Part shown: positions 45,900 through 59,209 of the stretch, one piece after another | Layout of the letters: every line of letters starts with the position of its first letter | Numbering within the stretch: the first letter of the stretch is position 1 | Assembly (NCBI RefSeq): GCF_020745735.1 | Contig: NC_083409.1 | Location: 20,532,098-20,596,097 of the forward strand | Reading direction: 5' to 3' | Source of the DNA: Hemiscyllium ocellatum | Taxonomy: Eukaryota | DNA length: 64,000 bases | Notes under the pieces: generated by a model | What the model was told of the DNA's origin: nothing | Databases searched by the model: none | The model's input: the letters and a program-made list of their open reading frames with translations, nothing else | Program-made: the position numbers and the translations under genes

Positions 45900-46899
45900 G
45901 TACAGTGGTGCTGATTTGTAAACTACTCCAGTTAGTTGTAGTGCCTTCAATCACTGTTGTGGTGACTATTGGGTTCAGTCATCAATACTGTGTGGCAGAT
46001 TAGAGATCATTTGATCCTATCACCAAAGGACTGTTATGAAGAAAGAAATATTTCCATTTAAATCAGGAGTTTTGTGTTTATGGGACATCTCAAAATGGCT
46101 CTCTGCCAATGAAGTATTTTTTGAATTCTGGTCATTGTTACAAGGAAGGTATGATGATGTCATGGCTCCGATTGTTATGACATAATAGCCAGTTGGTGTT
46201 AGTACTGGATAATCAGATCCCCAGCAAAACCTTGATTGAATATACAGCACAAAAACCAAAAAAACTGCTGGAAATCTGAAACAAACAAAAAAATTGCTGG
46301 AAAGCTCAGTAGGTCTGGCAGCATCTGTGGAGAGAAATCCTTTAACATTTCTGGTTCAGTGATCTTTGTTATTATGGGACAGCACAAAATGGCTCTCTGC
46401 GAGTGAGGTATTTTTTGAATTCTGGTCATTGTTCCAAAGGAGTATTATGATGTTGCGTGTTGTCGCTCCAATTGTTATGTAATAAAAGCCAGGAGAACAC
46501 GGGCTTGGGCTTCTGTTGATGCTTACTGACATTATTTGATTGTGGTTCTGGTGTATATACACACACAGATGCTCTAGTTTGAACTTACTACTTAATTCTT
46601 TTACATTCCTCACTGAAGCTAATTTATCGCTCAGGACTGGAGAACGTCCCACACTGGTGAAGGATTTGATTGTGCTGTAAGGCTCAACATTGGTATACAA
46701 ACCAGATTTTAATTGTTTATACAAAACGTTGTATTTCATTATCATTAAATAATGTCAACTTAATATTGCTGTTTTAGACCAAATTGGAAATCCAAATCCA
46801 AAATAAGTATTCGAGTTTCTGATTGCAAGCTTGTAATGTAATCTAATCTGAATCTGAAAATCTGTGTTGTTGATTATCTTTGCTTTGCTTTTGTTTTAG

Positions 46900-46985
46900 G
46901 TGAGCTGACAAGTTGTGGAGTCAAACATCTAACAAGTCAGCCCTCCTAAATCAGAGACTGATAAAGATTCAAAATACGAGACAAG
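46900..46985 (+). pseudogene. CEP350: CEP350-like first coding exon, copy 2 (TTG at 46913)
   Basis: Tandem duplicate of 45814-45899 with the same TTG and the same splice sites. Confidence 0.5.
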
Positions 46986-48645
46986 GTACAGTGGTGCTGA
47001 TTTGCAAGCTACTCCAGTTAGTTGTAGTGCCTTCAATCACTGTTATGGTGACTATTGGGTCGAGTCATCAATGCTGTGTGGCAGATTAGAGATCATTTGA
47101 TCCTATGGCCATAGGACTGTCATAAAGAAAGAAATATTTACATTTAAATTGGGAGTTTTGTGGTTATGGGACATCTCAAAATGGCTCTCTGCCAATGAAG
47201 TATTTTTTGAATTCTGGTCATTGTTACAAGGAAGGTATTATGATGTCAGGCTCTGATTGTTATGACATAATAACCAGTTGGTGTTAGTACTGGATAATCA
47301 GATCCCCAGCAAAACCTTGATTGAATATACAGCACAAAAACCAAAAGAACTGCTGGAAATCTGAAACAAAAAAAATTGCTGGAAAGGCTCAGAAGGTCTG
47401 GCAGCATCTGTGGAGAGAAATCCGTAATCATTTCTGGTTCAGCGATCCTTCCTCTGAACACTGCAACATTAACTCTTATTTCTCTCCATGTTGTGAGGAA
47501 GAGTCACTGAACCTGAAATGTTAACTGATTTCTCTCTACAGATGCTGCCAGACCTACTAAGCCTTTCCCGCCGTGTCTGTTTGAAGATACAGTAAATGTT
47601 TTATTAACTGTCACCAATGGGACCAGGAGTGCTGGTTGATCAAATATTCCAGTGGAAAACAGACTGACATAATCAATGCTTAGTAATAGAAACCTAATGC
47701 AGGGGTATACACATCACTTTATTTGTCGTATAACTCACTGAAACAAGCATGCACATTTGCCTTAAATAAAACTTAATGGCAGTGTGCCTTCTCACTTGCA
47801 GCCTCAACTGATTACTCTGACACCGTGAAAATGCGGTGACCTTCGAGTATTTCAGGTATATAATTTTTGTTGGTTTATTAAGAGCAACAGTTCATAAAGT
47901 GCCAGTTAAAATAATATTTGCTGTCCCATGATTGTTTTTGGCTGCCTGGTTGAATTACTAGCACATATTGCAGTTCACCATCTACATTGCACAATTCAGT
48001 AGTGTGATGGAATACTTTCAACTTGCCTGGATGAGTGCAGATCTAGCAATACTGAAGAAGCTTGACACTATTTGGGACAGAACAGCTGAGGGCTAACACC
48101 ACATGCACAAACCTGCACTCCCTCCACCTTCAACACTCAGCACCAATCTGTACCATTTGCTTAATACACTTACAGAAGCTCTCTAAGACTGACAGGGTGG
48201 CACCTACCAAAACCATTCCAAAACTTTAATTCCATGCTATACATTTCTACACATTCTATCTTCTGCATCATAGCCCTGCTCGCTTATCACCCTCTTGTTA
48301 CTTACTTTCATTCTCTGCCTTAACCCAGTCCTTCAGTTTCAAAGTTCCTATGTACGGATTTGTTTGTGGCTCCCGTTTACTTTTCCAACTCTTTTCTGCC
48401 CTGCCCCCCTCCATATCTCAGGTCATTCTGTCTGCTGAACATTTTAGCTCCATACTTCCCAGTCTCACCCTGACATTTCCTGCTTCTTAGCTTCCAGTTT
48501 CCCTCAAAATATATGTTTGACACCCTGCATGTTTTCTAGTTCCCCTTTGATTCCTGCCTGGCTCTATCCTAAGAGTTTTTACTGCAGGAAACATGCTATT
48601 TTAACTTGCATTGTGTTTGATTCATTATTTTTCTTTCATCCCAAG

Positions 48646-48760
48646 TTGCGGCACATAGAAAACAGGCTTGAAGCTGTACCCACCACGACTGCAGTGACAG
48701 ACACGGTGATGGATACTAAGAAAGCTTTGAGCAGTGCTACTCGAAAAATTAGCAGACTGG
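48646..48760 (+). pseudogene. CEP350: CEP350-like exon LRHIENRLEAVPTTTAVTDTVMDTKKALSSATRKISRL
   Basis: Matches recalled human LRHIENKLEVAPTSTAVCDSVMDTKKSSTSATRKISRK. Boundaries aag|...|gtaagt, phase 0 to 1. Confidence 0.88.
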
Positions 48761-49287
48761 GTAAGTGGAAGGAATACAAAATGAATTGTTCATGGTAATT
48801 AGATCAACAGTTACTCTTGACCTCATGCTGGCCATTGTTAATCAGATAAAAGTAATAACCCTGGTGAAATTAAATTAAGTGGTCGAGGGTCATGCACTGA
48901 CATTTTGCAGTGTTTTGAAAGCATTTGCAACAGATACTGAGGCTATGGAATCTTTTCCTTCTCTCTAATTTTTGGAGCTTCATTGGTAAGGCTTAGCAGG
49001 CAAAGTCAACCCTCCATTCCCTTCCTGAAGTGGTCATCTCCTGCTTCCATCTGTGTCAACACCTGTTGCCCATTGCAGATTCCCCCCAAATGTCTGGTTT
49101 ATCACTTTGTGCTGGTCCACAGAATTTGAGGAGGTGGGCGAGAAGAATTAACTTAGCATCTATCTCTTCTATATTCTGACAGCAACAGTTTAAGAGAAAC
49201 TTGTGCTTACTAACCAATCCCATTGATTGTGATAATGGAATGCATGCTCCTTTTTTACTTCTTAAACTTTGTTTCTATTTCTATCAG

Positions 49288-49459
49288 ATGGAAGGTATCT
49301 GGAGGATTCTGTAGCCAGTGCTACATCTGTCAAGTCCAGTAGTCGCAGCAAATCACGGAAGGTCAACACCTCCCGCAGTCCCTTGCGATCTGCCACCCTG
49401 GAAAGTAATATTATGAAGAGCAGTCGAGATGAATTCAGAGATCCATTAACTGCATATAG
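49288..49459 (+). pseudogene. CEP350: CEP350-like exon DGRYLEDS...SRSPLRSATLESN...EFRDPLTAY
   Basis: Matches recalled human DGRYLDDS...SRSPLRATTLESN...EFREPLVSYR. Phase 1 to 2. Confidence 0.88.
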
Positions 49460-50456
49460 GTATGACCAGACGTATGTACCTTCTGTCGGTCACTTTCTGT
49501 TATCAATTCCTGAAGCTGTGCATATTTTAGAAACAACCAATACCTGCTTGACAGCTTATAGTTGCACTCTTCTGACACTCAAATCACAACAGAGTCAACA
49601 GTGGCAGGATAGATACATAGAGGATCCCAGGCTTCAGAATGCTTGTTCTTTCACACGTAATCTCATCCGAGGGTGTAATTTTAAAGATCTTGCATGCAAA
49701 CATTTTCTGTGCTTATGACATTTTACAGTGTGTTCCAACTTGTGTACAAATTGACTTGCAGATGCACTCTAGAACAGAAACCATTTGTAAACTGGGGTCT
49801 GCCAGTAACCTGAAACATGGGCACAATTTCAAATATGGAATAATAATAATAAAACGTGGTTACAAGAATCCTTTGCCGTGTAGCCCACCTTAGTTGATTC
49901 TATTTGTCTTTTATTCAATGCTCACTGCTCTGTGAAACCAACTATTAATGGAGGTACGTTAGTGAAGCTCAGTCTTGTGCAGTATTTAGATCATCATCAG
50001 TTCATCAGAGCCATTAAGTTTTTATAAATTGGGACTGGAGTACAAAAATGAATGATGTTAAACCATCACAAATTACTGGTTAAGCTATAGTTAAAATGTT
50101 GTCCCCAGTATTGGGAACCCTAATTCAGGAAGGACTTCAAGGCTGTGCACAGGAACCAGAAAGTGTTAACTTGACATTCGCTGATTATAGTAATCAAGAG
50201 AGATTCGATAAGTTGCTGATCATTATGATTGAATAGTGGTTCAGAGGAGACCTCAAACCTGGTCAGGATGTTGGAAGAACTGCTTCTACTGGTGGAAGAG
50301 ACAGTAAGTAGATGGAAAATACAAAGTGAAGTTATGGAAGTCACCAAATTAATAAAGTTACAGTTTCATTTCAAGGGGAGGCGATGGCCAAGCGGTATTC
50401 GTGCCACGTAAATAATCCAGATACTCAGTACATTTTAGTAAGCCTACACTGGATAG

Positions 50457-50630
50457 GTCAGGCAGCATCAAAGGATCAGGAGAATTGACGTTTCCAGCAT
50501 TAGCCCTTCTTCAGATTTATGCCCGAAACGTCAATTCTCTTGCTCCTTTGATGCTGCCCGACCTGCTGTGCTTTTCCAGCAACACATTTTGCAGCTCTGA
50601 TCTCCAGAATCTGCAGTCCTCACTTTCTCC
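50457..50630. mobile_element. Penelope-derived hairpin insertion (family A, short left arm)
   Basis: TSD cct(a/g)cactggatag at 50443-50456 and 50629-50642. Minus-strand CTGAAGA-AGGGC-TAAT-GCTG-GAAACGTC. Confidence 0.72.
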
Positions 50631-51393
50631 TGCACTGGATAGTCCAACATATGTTGAGCTGGGGTGAATTCTCCTTGCTGCTCATAGAAATTGGGTTCTT
50701 GGCATTTTTTGGACTTCATCAAGGGGAAATTGTCATCAGTGAGCGTTTGCTTTATGTAGTGTATGTGATTTTGGAAATCTTTAGCTCTTGTATAATTGTG
50801 TGCTGTCTGTTGATGTGCATGTGATGTCATTGTCCTTTATTTTTCCTCTGGCATCCCAGAGAGCTACCAGCCATACGGTGGCTAGTGTGATGGTAGTCAC
50901 TGATGAATCCTCTTGATGACTCAAATGGACTGGTAAACCCAAAGGACCTTTTAGGCATTGGCGAGTATGTTGTGAAGCTGTTGTCTGGGTTGTCAGGTTT
51001 GGCAGGTTCATCAGCCTTTAGGCTGCTGTGTCCAGTCAGTACATTGTTGTTTAAATTTAACAGTGAGAATGGTATTGTACAAGATTGACTTTTGGGAATA
51101 GTAGAGGGAACATGGGCCCATCCAGTAAGGATAGCTGTTTATCCTCATAAAGGGCTTGTGCCGGAATCATGGAGTCTCCTCTTTGGATGCTGCCTGACAT
51201 GCTGTGCTTTTCCAGTGCCACACTTTTTGACTCTGTTTATCCCTAATGCAGACTAAATCCTACAGATTGTTTAAAGCAGAGCTTCAGCAAACAGATACTT
51301 GATGGCATGAAATCTGCAGTGTTAAATGGTTTAAGTGATGTCTCATTTTGGCAGTTGTCAACATTTGTGATTGTGTAAACTTTGTGCTTTCAG

Positions 51394-51602
51394 TGCTCAC
51401 GGGAAGTCATCAAAGAAAAGCACAAGCTCTTCATTGTTCCATTTCACTGTGAGTTCAATGTCTCAGAGCACTTTTCAGAATGACGCAGAGATAACATCCA
51501 GAGAGGGGACAAGGCAGCTGCGTGCTACTACCTCCACACCTTCACCTACTCTAGTCGACATCAGTGTTACTGCAGCCAGGCCCTCCACATCCTCTGCTGC
51601 AG
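51394..51602 (+). pseudogene. Possible CEP350-like Ser/Thr-rich exon(s)
   Basis: Open frame with AG/GT boundaries whose phases (2 to 1) fit both flanking exons. Homology is not convincing, and an internal gtgagt donor is also present. Confidence 0.35.
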
Positions 51603-52498
51603 GTTGGAACTCTTGGAATCATGTTTTCTGTAACTGTCATTTGTTTGTCCTAACCGTCCCCATTGGAGTAATTTAAAAAAATAAAACCCTGAGTAAGTAG
51701 ACAACCAAGGTGAAGTGACAGGCATCGGGATGATTGGAAGAAATGGTGAGGGGCCACGTGACGTGGAAGCAGGTGCTTTTCCATTCAAGTGGTCGGATCC
51801 TGTCCGAGGAACATTAAGCAGAAGTAGACTATTCAGCCTGTTGAGCCAGCCCCTGTCATTCAGTACAATCATGGCTGATCAGTGCTTCAGTATCGTTTTA
51901 GCCACCCTGTTCCCATCACCCTGTACACTATTGGAAATCAAATCCGTCAATTTTTACATAAAACATAATTGATGACTATGCTTTCACAACTCTCTGTGGC
52001 AGTGAACTCCAAAAGATTCATGACCCTGAAGTAACAACAGAATTATCATCAGCTCAGACTTATGACATGGTCTCACTTATAAGTTGTCCCGCCAGTCCTT
52101 GACTCCCCAACGGGGGAAACATTACCTACATCTACCCTTTAAGTATTTTGTAGATTTCAATGAAATCAATTCAAAATGCTGGAGAATGCAGGTCCAGTTT
52201 TCCCAATCTCTCTCCATGAGAATGTCCTGGAAACAAGTCTGGTGAACCTTTGTTGCATTCCTGATCATTCACCAGGACCCAAATACAATGATTGGGTTTG
52301 GATCTTCTGCACGCTTTGCTATTTGTTTTATCCTGTGAATCTCATGAAAATTTCAATGTCTTGTCCCTTGTCATTTTTTTCGCAGTTCCCGAACTTGTTT
52401 TGAATCCTGGAGAGGTGTGCAGTTAACCCTATGATCCCAATGCATTATTGAACTAATTGTAAAAGTTGAAATTACACTTTTCACTTTGGTTATTGCAG

Positions 52499-52662
52499 CC
52501 TCGATGCTCAGCTCCCCACCAAGTATCCAACACCACATGACTGCTCAACACACTTACTTGGATGCTATGGAAGAGTCCATCCGTCAGCTATCGGAGATAG
52601 ACATGACCCGGGGAATAGCCTTTGCTCAACAAGAGACTGTGTCGTTGGCTCAGATCCTAAAG
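52499..52662 (+). pseudogene. CEP350: CEP350-like exon ...MEESIRQLSEIDMTRGIAFAQQETVSLAQILK
   Basis: Matches recalled human IEESVRQLSDVERVRGISLAQQESVSLAQIIK. Boundaries gcag|...|gtacag. Confidence 0.88.
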
Positions 52663-53202
52663 GTACAGGTTTATGCCTTGTGGTCTTTCAGAAATGGTTT
52701 TGTGAAATTGTCTTAAGTGATAATGGCTGCGCTCGTTTTCCAAACCAGGCAACATTCTGAGCAACGTTCTTCAGTTAAATCAGGCAAAACAAAGATTATT
52801 CCAAAACTAGAGATTAAATTTACTTACCCTTGGGTTGTGATTTAGGACAATGCCTAATCTTAAATGTGCAGATATTAGCATCGAACCTGCGCTTGACTGC
52901 ACTTTACAAGTTGACTGATAGAAGCAGGGCAAACTTGCCAAGTTTTCAAGAAATTTCAGCTTTCTAAAATTTGAGCCATTATGATGAGATTTATGAGAAA
53001 ATGTTTTTTTATTTATAAAGTTGCAATATTAAAATTAATTGATTAAAATCTTGTCATTTGTTACTCGTAAGATTTTGATGCATTTGCATTTCAATTGTTA
53101 TTCTCTCTCTCTGGACACTGCAAATTTAAATACCAGTTTTTCACAGAGCAGAGCAGTGGAATGTAGAGTGATGGTTCCTATTTAATCTTTGTTTGTGTCC
53201 AG

Positions 53203-53281
53203 GCCCAACAGCTGAGACATGAGCACGACATAGCCCTGCTGAAGCTGAAGGCCGAGCAGGGCCAGAAAGAAAGCTGTACAG
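53203..53281 (+). pseudogene. CEP350: CEP350-like exon AQQLRHEHDIALLKLKAEQ with an internal frameshifting deletion
   Basis: 79 nt long. After EQ the tail ARKKAVQ (cf. human TRNKAAQ) is in another frame and EALESQRQLEE is absent. Confidence 0.85.
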
Positions 53282-55952
53282 GTACTTGAACATGTAACAG
53301 GTGTCTGGAAATGCAAACAATTCAGTGTTGACTGCTTCTCACCGTGCAATAAGAATAAACAAATTATAATTATAAAGTGCCTTTAACATTGAAGCCAAAC
53401 CTCTCCCCACCCCTGCCCTGTTCTGTTCCACCGGTAAACTGCCCCACTCAACAAAAGCACAGAATTGCATAGCTGATGACTATGCAGCTGAAAGCTTCAG
53501 TGCTGAGCTGGGGTGGTGAAAATGAAAATGCTAAAATGGGGAACGTAGACACTTCAAAAATTTCGAGGATTGAAGGAAATTGCAGAGATAGAAAGGAAAA
53601 ATATGTCTGGAAGGACAGGACTTCTTATACTGAAGCTGTTGGCAAGTCATGAATCAGCAAGCACAAGGATCGTGGGTAAAAGGGGCTTGGAAAGAGGGTG
53701 CAGTAAGTGGAGCTTTTGAATATGTTGAAGTTGATGAAAGTTCAGTCAAGAGAACATTGGAATAGTCATGTCTGGAAGTGAACAAATAAGTAAACAGCTG
53801 AGGGTGCAATTTTGGGTCATGTGATGGAAGAGTTTACTGAAGGTAAGAATTCCCGTTGGATGAGCTCTGTAGTAGGTTTCCTTTATTCATGGAGGGAATT
53901 GCCTTTGTATTCATGACTGCATAGCTGTGATTGATTTATAAATGCCATCGGAATCAGTACCTAAACACCCCATTTTCACTCCTTTTCACAATGTCTGAGA
54001 TCTTTTAACACATTGTATCATGCTCTACTTTGGAGAAAAGAAAGCATGAAATGGATCCTCAAGGAATCGGAGCAGGAGTAGGGTATTCGTCCCCTTGAGC
54101 TTGCTCCCCCATTCTATCAGATCATGGCTGGGCCAAACCAGGTCTCAACTTGTCTTTTCTGCTTGATCCTCATAGCCCTCAACTGCTGAATATTTCAAAA
54201 ATCTATCTACCCTCTTTTAAATTAATTTGATATAGAATCATAGAATCCCCACTGTGTGGAAACAGGCCCTTCGGCTGAGCAAGTCCACACCCACCCTCTG
54301 AAGAGTAACCCACCAGACCCATTCCCCTACCCCATTTAGCTGTCACAATTTTTTGGGCGAGAGAATTCCAGCCATTCACTGAGAGAGAAAAAAAATCTTT
54401 ACTTTTTTTAAAATGAATGTTCCCTTCTGTAATGTCCCCTGGGTTGAGACTTCACTGGTACTCGAACATTTAATCAACATCAACCCCTGTCAAGCTCCTC
54501 AGAACATTATTTCCATAAGATCACCCATTATTTGTCCAGACTCTATTGAATAATGACTTGACCTATTCTTGACAGACCAACCTTTTCATCCTCGAAGCAA
54601 CTAAATGAATCTTTTTTTGAGTGGCTTCCAATGCTAGTTTATCCTTTCTTAAATATGAGAGCAAACATTGTATACAGTACTCCAAGTGAGGTCTCAGCAA
54701 CAGCCATTGTGGTTAACCAATCCTCAGTCCATGCTAATACATGACCCACGATGCCGTGAGCTCCTATCTTGTGCAGTTAACCTTTAAGTAGCACCTTATC
54801 AAATTCATTTTTAAAATCCAAATACAGAACATCATCAGATTCTCCTTTATCAGCCCTACTTCTTATCTCCTTAATGAACTCTAGCAAATTTGTCAAATAT
54901 AGTTCCCTTTCACAAAATCCAGTGTACCATGTTTAATGATAAGCTTTTCCAAATCTATTTCTTCCTTTAATAATCAACTCTGCTGTTCTGCCAAAACAGA
55001 TATTAAACTAACTTTCCTGATTTCTGTCTCCCTCCCTTCTTAAACAGGCGCATCAATCCACTGGAAGCTCCCTGTATCCACTGATTCGGGAATAATTCAA
55101 TTGATGCCTTGAATATCTCTGCAGCCAGTTTCCTTCAAAAATGTTTGATACAGGCCATTAGGTCCTGTCTGCCTTTAATCCTATTAGTTTGTCATTACTT
55201 TGTCCCTTGTGACAAAGACTGTTGTAGCATTTGTCCTCCCACGAATACCTTGCTTTTTGCTATCTTTGGGATGATAATGGTATTCTCCTCCATGAAGACC
55301 AATGTAAAATATCGGTTTAAATTATCTGCTATTTTCCCTGTACACATTATCAATTCCTGAATCAGAACCTCCAAGGGTTCGACGCTCACTTTAGCTACTC
55401 ACTTTTTACATACCTGTAGAAACTTTTGCCTTTCGTTTTTGTTTCTTGTCAATTTAATTTCATGCTCAATTTTTTTTTCCTTTTTCGTCCTCCGCTGCTG
55501 TGTCGATCTTTTCCTTGTGGGTACTGTCCTTGACTGCCTTTGTTACCCATGGGTGGTTCACCTTTCTCTTAGAGTTCTCCTTTCTGCGTCAAATAAGATT
55601 TTGCTCAGCATTATGAGAAAAGCCCATCATATCCCAGTGACGGAGCATGTGAATTTTTTAACACTGGATGCTTCAATTTTAATGATGTTCTCATTGGTTT
55701 TTGCTGTTTCACAGAAGAGCTGAGATCATCTGGAAAGGAGGTGGCAGCTGATTCAGTATTAGTTCCAGAATTAATTTGAATACTTGCAAAAATAAATTAC
55801 TTGCAACATTGTGAGAGCAGGGGTCTAGCCAAATAGCTATTCCAAAGACGTGGCACACATGTGATGGGTTGAGTAGGGGCCTCTGATTTCAAAAGCAAGA
55901 TGTGATCCAAGTTGTCTTCTAACCTGTGCTGTGCTAATTCTTGCTGGTTTAG

Positions 55953-56113
55953 ATGACTGAGTTGGCATGTGCGCAAGTTGCAGCAGGATCTCTGACTGCC
56001 ACAAACCCACCTCATGGAACAGCTCCTGTGCCAGTGACAGTGCTGCTGGACCAACAGAGGCAGCAACATTCAGACTTCATGAACCAACTTCGAACCAGTA
56101 CTGAACCTGACAG
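55953..56113 (+). pseudogene. CEP350: CEP350-like exon MTELACAQ...LLDQQRQQHSDFMNQLRTSTEPD
   Basis: Matches recalled human MAELTRT...LYDHQRQHLPDFVKQLRTRTETDR. Boundaries tttag|...|gtaaga. Confidence 0.8.
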
Positions 56114-56274
56114 GTAAGATTTTTACACTGTCCCAAACCTGATCAATAATATTAAACTTCTTGGCTTCATAACCTAAGGCTTGTTGCTTGATGCAATGCA
56201 CAGTTTTTGATGTTTTCGCTATTATCTGTGATCAGGAGAGGCAGGATCAATGCACTCAGTCTTTTAGGAAAAAG

Positions 56275-56620
56275 GAGGTGGCTCAGTTGTTAACACTGCT
56301 GCCTCACAGTGCCAGAGACCCAGGTGACTCCAGCCTCAGATGACTGTCCGTGTGGAGTTTGCACATTTCCCGTGTCTGCATGGGATGCCTCTGAGTGCTC
56401 TGGTTTTCTCCCACAATCCAAAGATGTGCAGGTGAGGTGAATTGGCCATGCTAAATTGCCAATAGTGTTCAGGGATGTGCAGGTTTGGTGCATTAGTCAG
56501 GGGTAAATGTTGAGTAATAGTGTTAAGGGATAGGTTTGGTTGGGATACTCTTCAGAGGGTTGATGTGGATTTGTTGGGCCGAAGGGCCTGTTTCCACACT
56601 GTAGGAATTCTATTCTATTC
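56275..56620 (+). mobile_element. HE1-type SINE
   Basis: Same head, V-domain and tail as 19527-19832. Ends in (attct)n. Confidence 0.85.
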
Positions 56621-57865
56621 TATGGTCAGAGTAATTTTGGGGGTCTAACAGAATCCTGGTATTCAGAAGGCACTCTGTTAGTTAAAATAGTATTGTGCAC
56701 TCTTACCTTCTGCAGCAATTTGAAGTAGACTGCTCTGTACAGTTTCTTCAAACATTTTGTTCTTGAACCAGTCAGGGACTTGGTAATATGATTGATCAAT
56801 GAGTTCAAAATTAAAGACACTTTTGGTAAGATTCAATGCAGCATAATAGAATTTAGCTTTAGGCGAAGGAATTTGGTTCTTGAATTAGTATCTAAAGTTA
56901 AAGGCTGTTACAAGGGTATAAAGTAATAGTGAGCTAAATGGGAATTGGTCGAGAGGTTAGAAAGTTAAAGCAGAAGAACCTATTCAGTTATTTCATAATT
57001 CTCAACAATGTACATTTATTTATAAAAGAAATGCACGATGAAAAGGTGGCAACAGCGGGGCATAGCTAAATGAATTGTGGGTGACATCAAATTGAAAGAA
57101 AAGATATACAAAACTGCAAAGGTGGTGGTAGGCCAGAAAATTTGAGAATTTCAAACTATCGAAGGATGAGCAAAAAACTGCTGGAAGATACTTTGTCCCT
57201 TGTGATAGAGACTGTTATAACATCTTACCTCCCATTATATACCTTGCTTTTTTCCCACCTTTGGGATGGTAACAGTATCTTGCAGATTAGTAAGATAATT
57301 GGGCAAATTATCCCATGAGTTACTCAGTCTAAAACAAAGTGCTCTTGTGATGCTGTGGTCATGTCTCCAACTTTGAGCCAGAGGCCTGGATAAATCCTAC
57401 CTGCTCCAGAAGTGTTGATTAGGAAAGAAACATGAGACAAACTTCAGTAATTGAATGTACAATCTTGATGGTCTCTGGAAATTCCAAACTTGACTATTTT
57501 GTATCCTCACCTGAGGCCTGATCTCAATTAACCCATCTCATTTAAACTGAATTCCCTTTGCTTGTGTTGAATATAATTGAAGTTTGTCCTGTCTGCACGC
57601 TCCCTTGTGCAAAACCTGTTGCAACCTGTCAAAGAACAAGATTGTAAAGTCAGATTAGCTGATAGTCTGTTCAAGGGACAGTAGGTGTTGCAGTATTGAT
57701 CCCATTTTCCATTGAACTGAGACAGGAGATGGTGTGCTTGCTGAGATGTCCATCACTGAAAAAATTGTTTGAATTAAAAAAAAACTGCTTTGGCTGTGGT
57801 GGAATTGAATCCAGAGACTTAGCTAGAAGTAGCTGATCGTTGTTTCTTTCTTTGTTTCATCGTAG

Positions 57866-57988
57866 AAAGAACGAGTGCAGCCCAACACCAGCTGGATCTG
57901 CAGAGAAACTGCCAGACACTAAAATGCGTAACTCCACTTTATTAGACAGTCTGACTGAGTCATCCAGACTCAAACATCATGATCGGAG
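57866..57988 (+). pseudogene. CEP350: CEP350-like exon KNECSPT...DSLTESSRLKHHDR
   Basis: The end matches recalled human DSYSESSGYKNHDRR. Phase 2 to 2 fits both neighbours. Confidence 0.7.
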
Positions 57989-58408
57989 GTGGGCTATTTA
58001 TGTTCGCTGTGGATGCTTTTACATAGTACAATATTAATCCAAAACATATCTCTTGAGTACTGAAAACAACAAATATTGGAGATCACAGTGGGGAGGTGAT
58101 GGCCCAGTTGCTGGACTGTTAATCCAGATATCCAGATAACATCCCGGAGAACCGGGTTCGATTTGAATTCAATAAATATCTGGAATTAAGAATCAAATGA
58201 CTATGAATCCTTGTTCGATTGTTGGGAAAAACCCATCTGGTTCACTAAAATCATTTAGGTAGGAAACTACCATCCTTGCCTAGTTTGGCCTACTCCATAC
58301 ACACAGCAATGAGGTTGACTCTGAACTGCCCTCTGGGCAGTTAGGGATGAGCAATAAATGCTGCCTAGTCAGTGACACCCTCATCCCATAAACATATTAT
58401 TTTTAAAA

Positions 58409-58570
58409 ATCCATGGAGAGAGCAAGCTAACATTTTGAGTCGAGATGACTCCTCATCAGAGCTCTGATAGAGTCATCTCGACTCAATGTTAGCTTGCTCA
58501 GTCTCCATGGATGCTGCCTCATCTGCTGTGAGCTCCAGCATTTGTTGTTTTCAGTACAGATTCCACCATC
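58409..58570. mobile_element. Penelope-derived palindrome (related subfamily)
   Basis: Arms atccatggagagagcaagctaacatt...gagtcgagatgactc are mirrored around atcagagctctgat (58409-58512). The hammerhead core has decayed (CGAAA to CAAAA). Confidence 0.7.
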
Positions 58571-59209
58571 TGCAGTAATTTCCTTATATATTTCTTCTGT
58601 ATTTTGTTTATTAAATGTCCACTAAATTGCAACTCCTACTCAACACCTTCCCAACAGAGTACTGTGGTCCTAGTGCCAAAAACCTCCATTGACTTGTTCA
58701 ATTACACCATACGTTGGGGAAATTGCAAAATGCCACTGTGGCTGAAAGGAATGGAATCAGAGTCATACGACATGGAAACGGACCCTTCGGTCCAACTCGT
58801 CCAAGCCAACCAAATTTCCCAAACTAAACTAGTCCAATTACCCTGCATTTGACCCATATTCCTCAACCTTTCCTATTCGTGTCCCTCTCCAAATGCCTTT
58901 TGAATATTGTAACTGTACTTGCATCTACCACTTCCGCTGGCCGTTCATTCTATATCCGACTCAACCTCTTTGTGAAAAAGTTGGCAACTGATGGTTTCAC
59001 TGTTGCCTACGGTGAGTGAATCGCTGGGGATTATTGTTCATTAAGGACCACCCCTTGCTGAGCATGGCTCAGGGCCTCAAGAGATTCCTAAATGTGGCTT
59101 CGGCCTCCTTGTGGGTTACCACATGCTACTCAAGGCCTTGTGTTTGAGAAGCGCAGGGATATATGGATGGGGGTGCTGTGGAAGGAAGGAGGCAATGTTA
59201 ATTAATGAA

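Larger units (their letters stand above)
43845..47460. repeat. ~1.09-kb tandem duplication (two units plus a partial third); unit A is interrupted at 44269-45340
   Basis: Matching anchors at 43845/46024/47111 (aggactgtt/cat.aagaaagaaata) and at 45814/46900 (period 1086-1087). Confidence 0.9.

Noticed and set aside
47802-47855. CEP350 third exon
   Set aside because: It is AG/GT-bounded, but it has an in-frame TGA and no similarity to the expected ADITTSWDALSQTKAA.
58325-58341. Additional CTCF sites (also about 15525 and 2420)
   Set aside because: Partial matches inside high-copy SINE/LINE sequence, much weaker than the 23046 motif.
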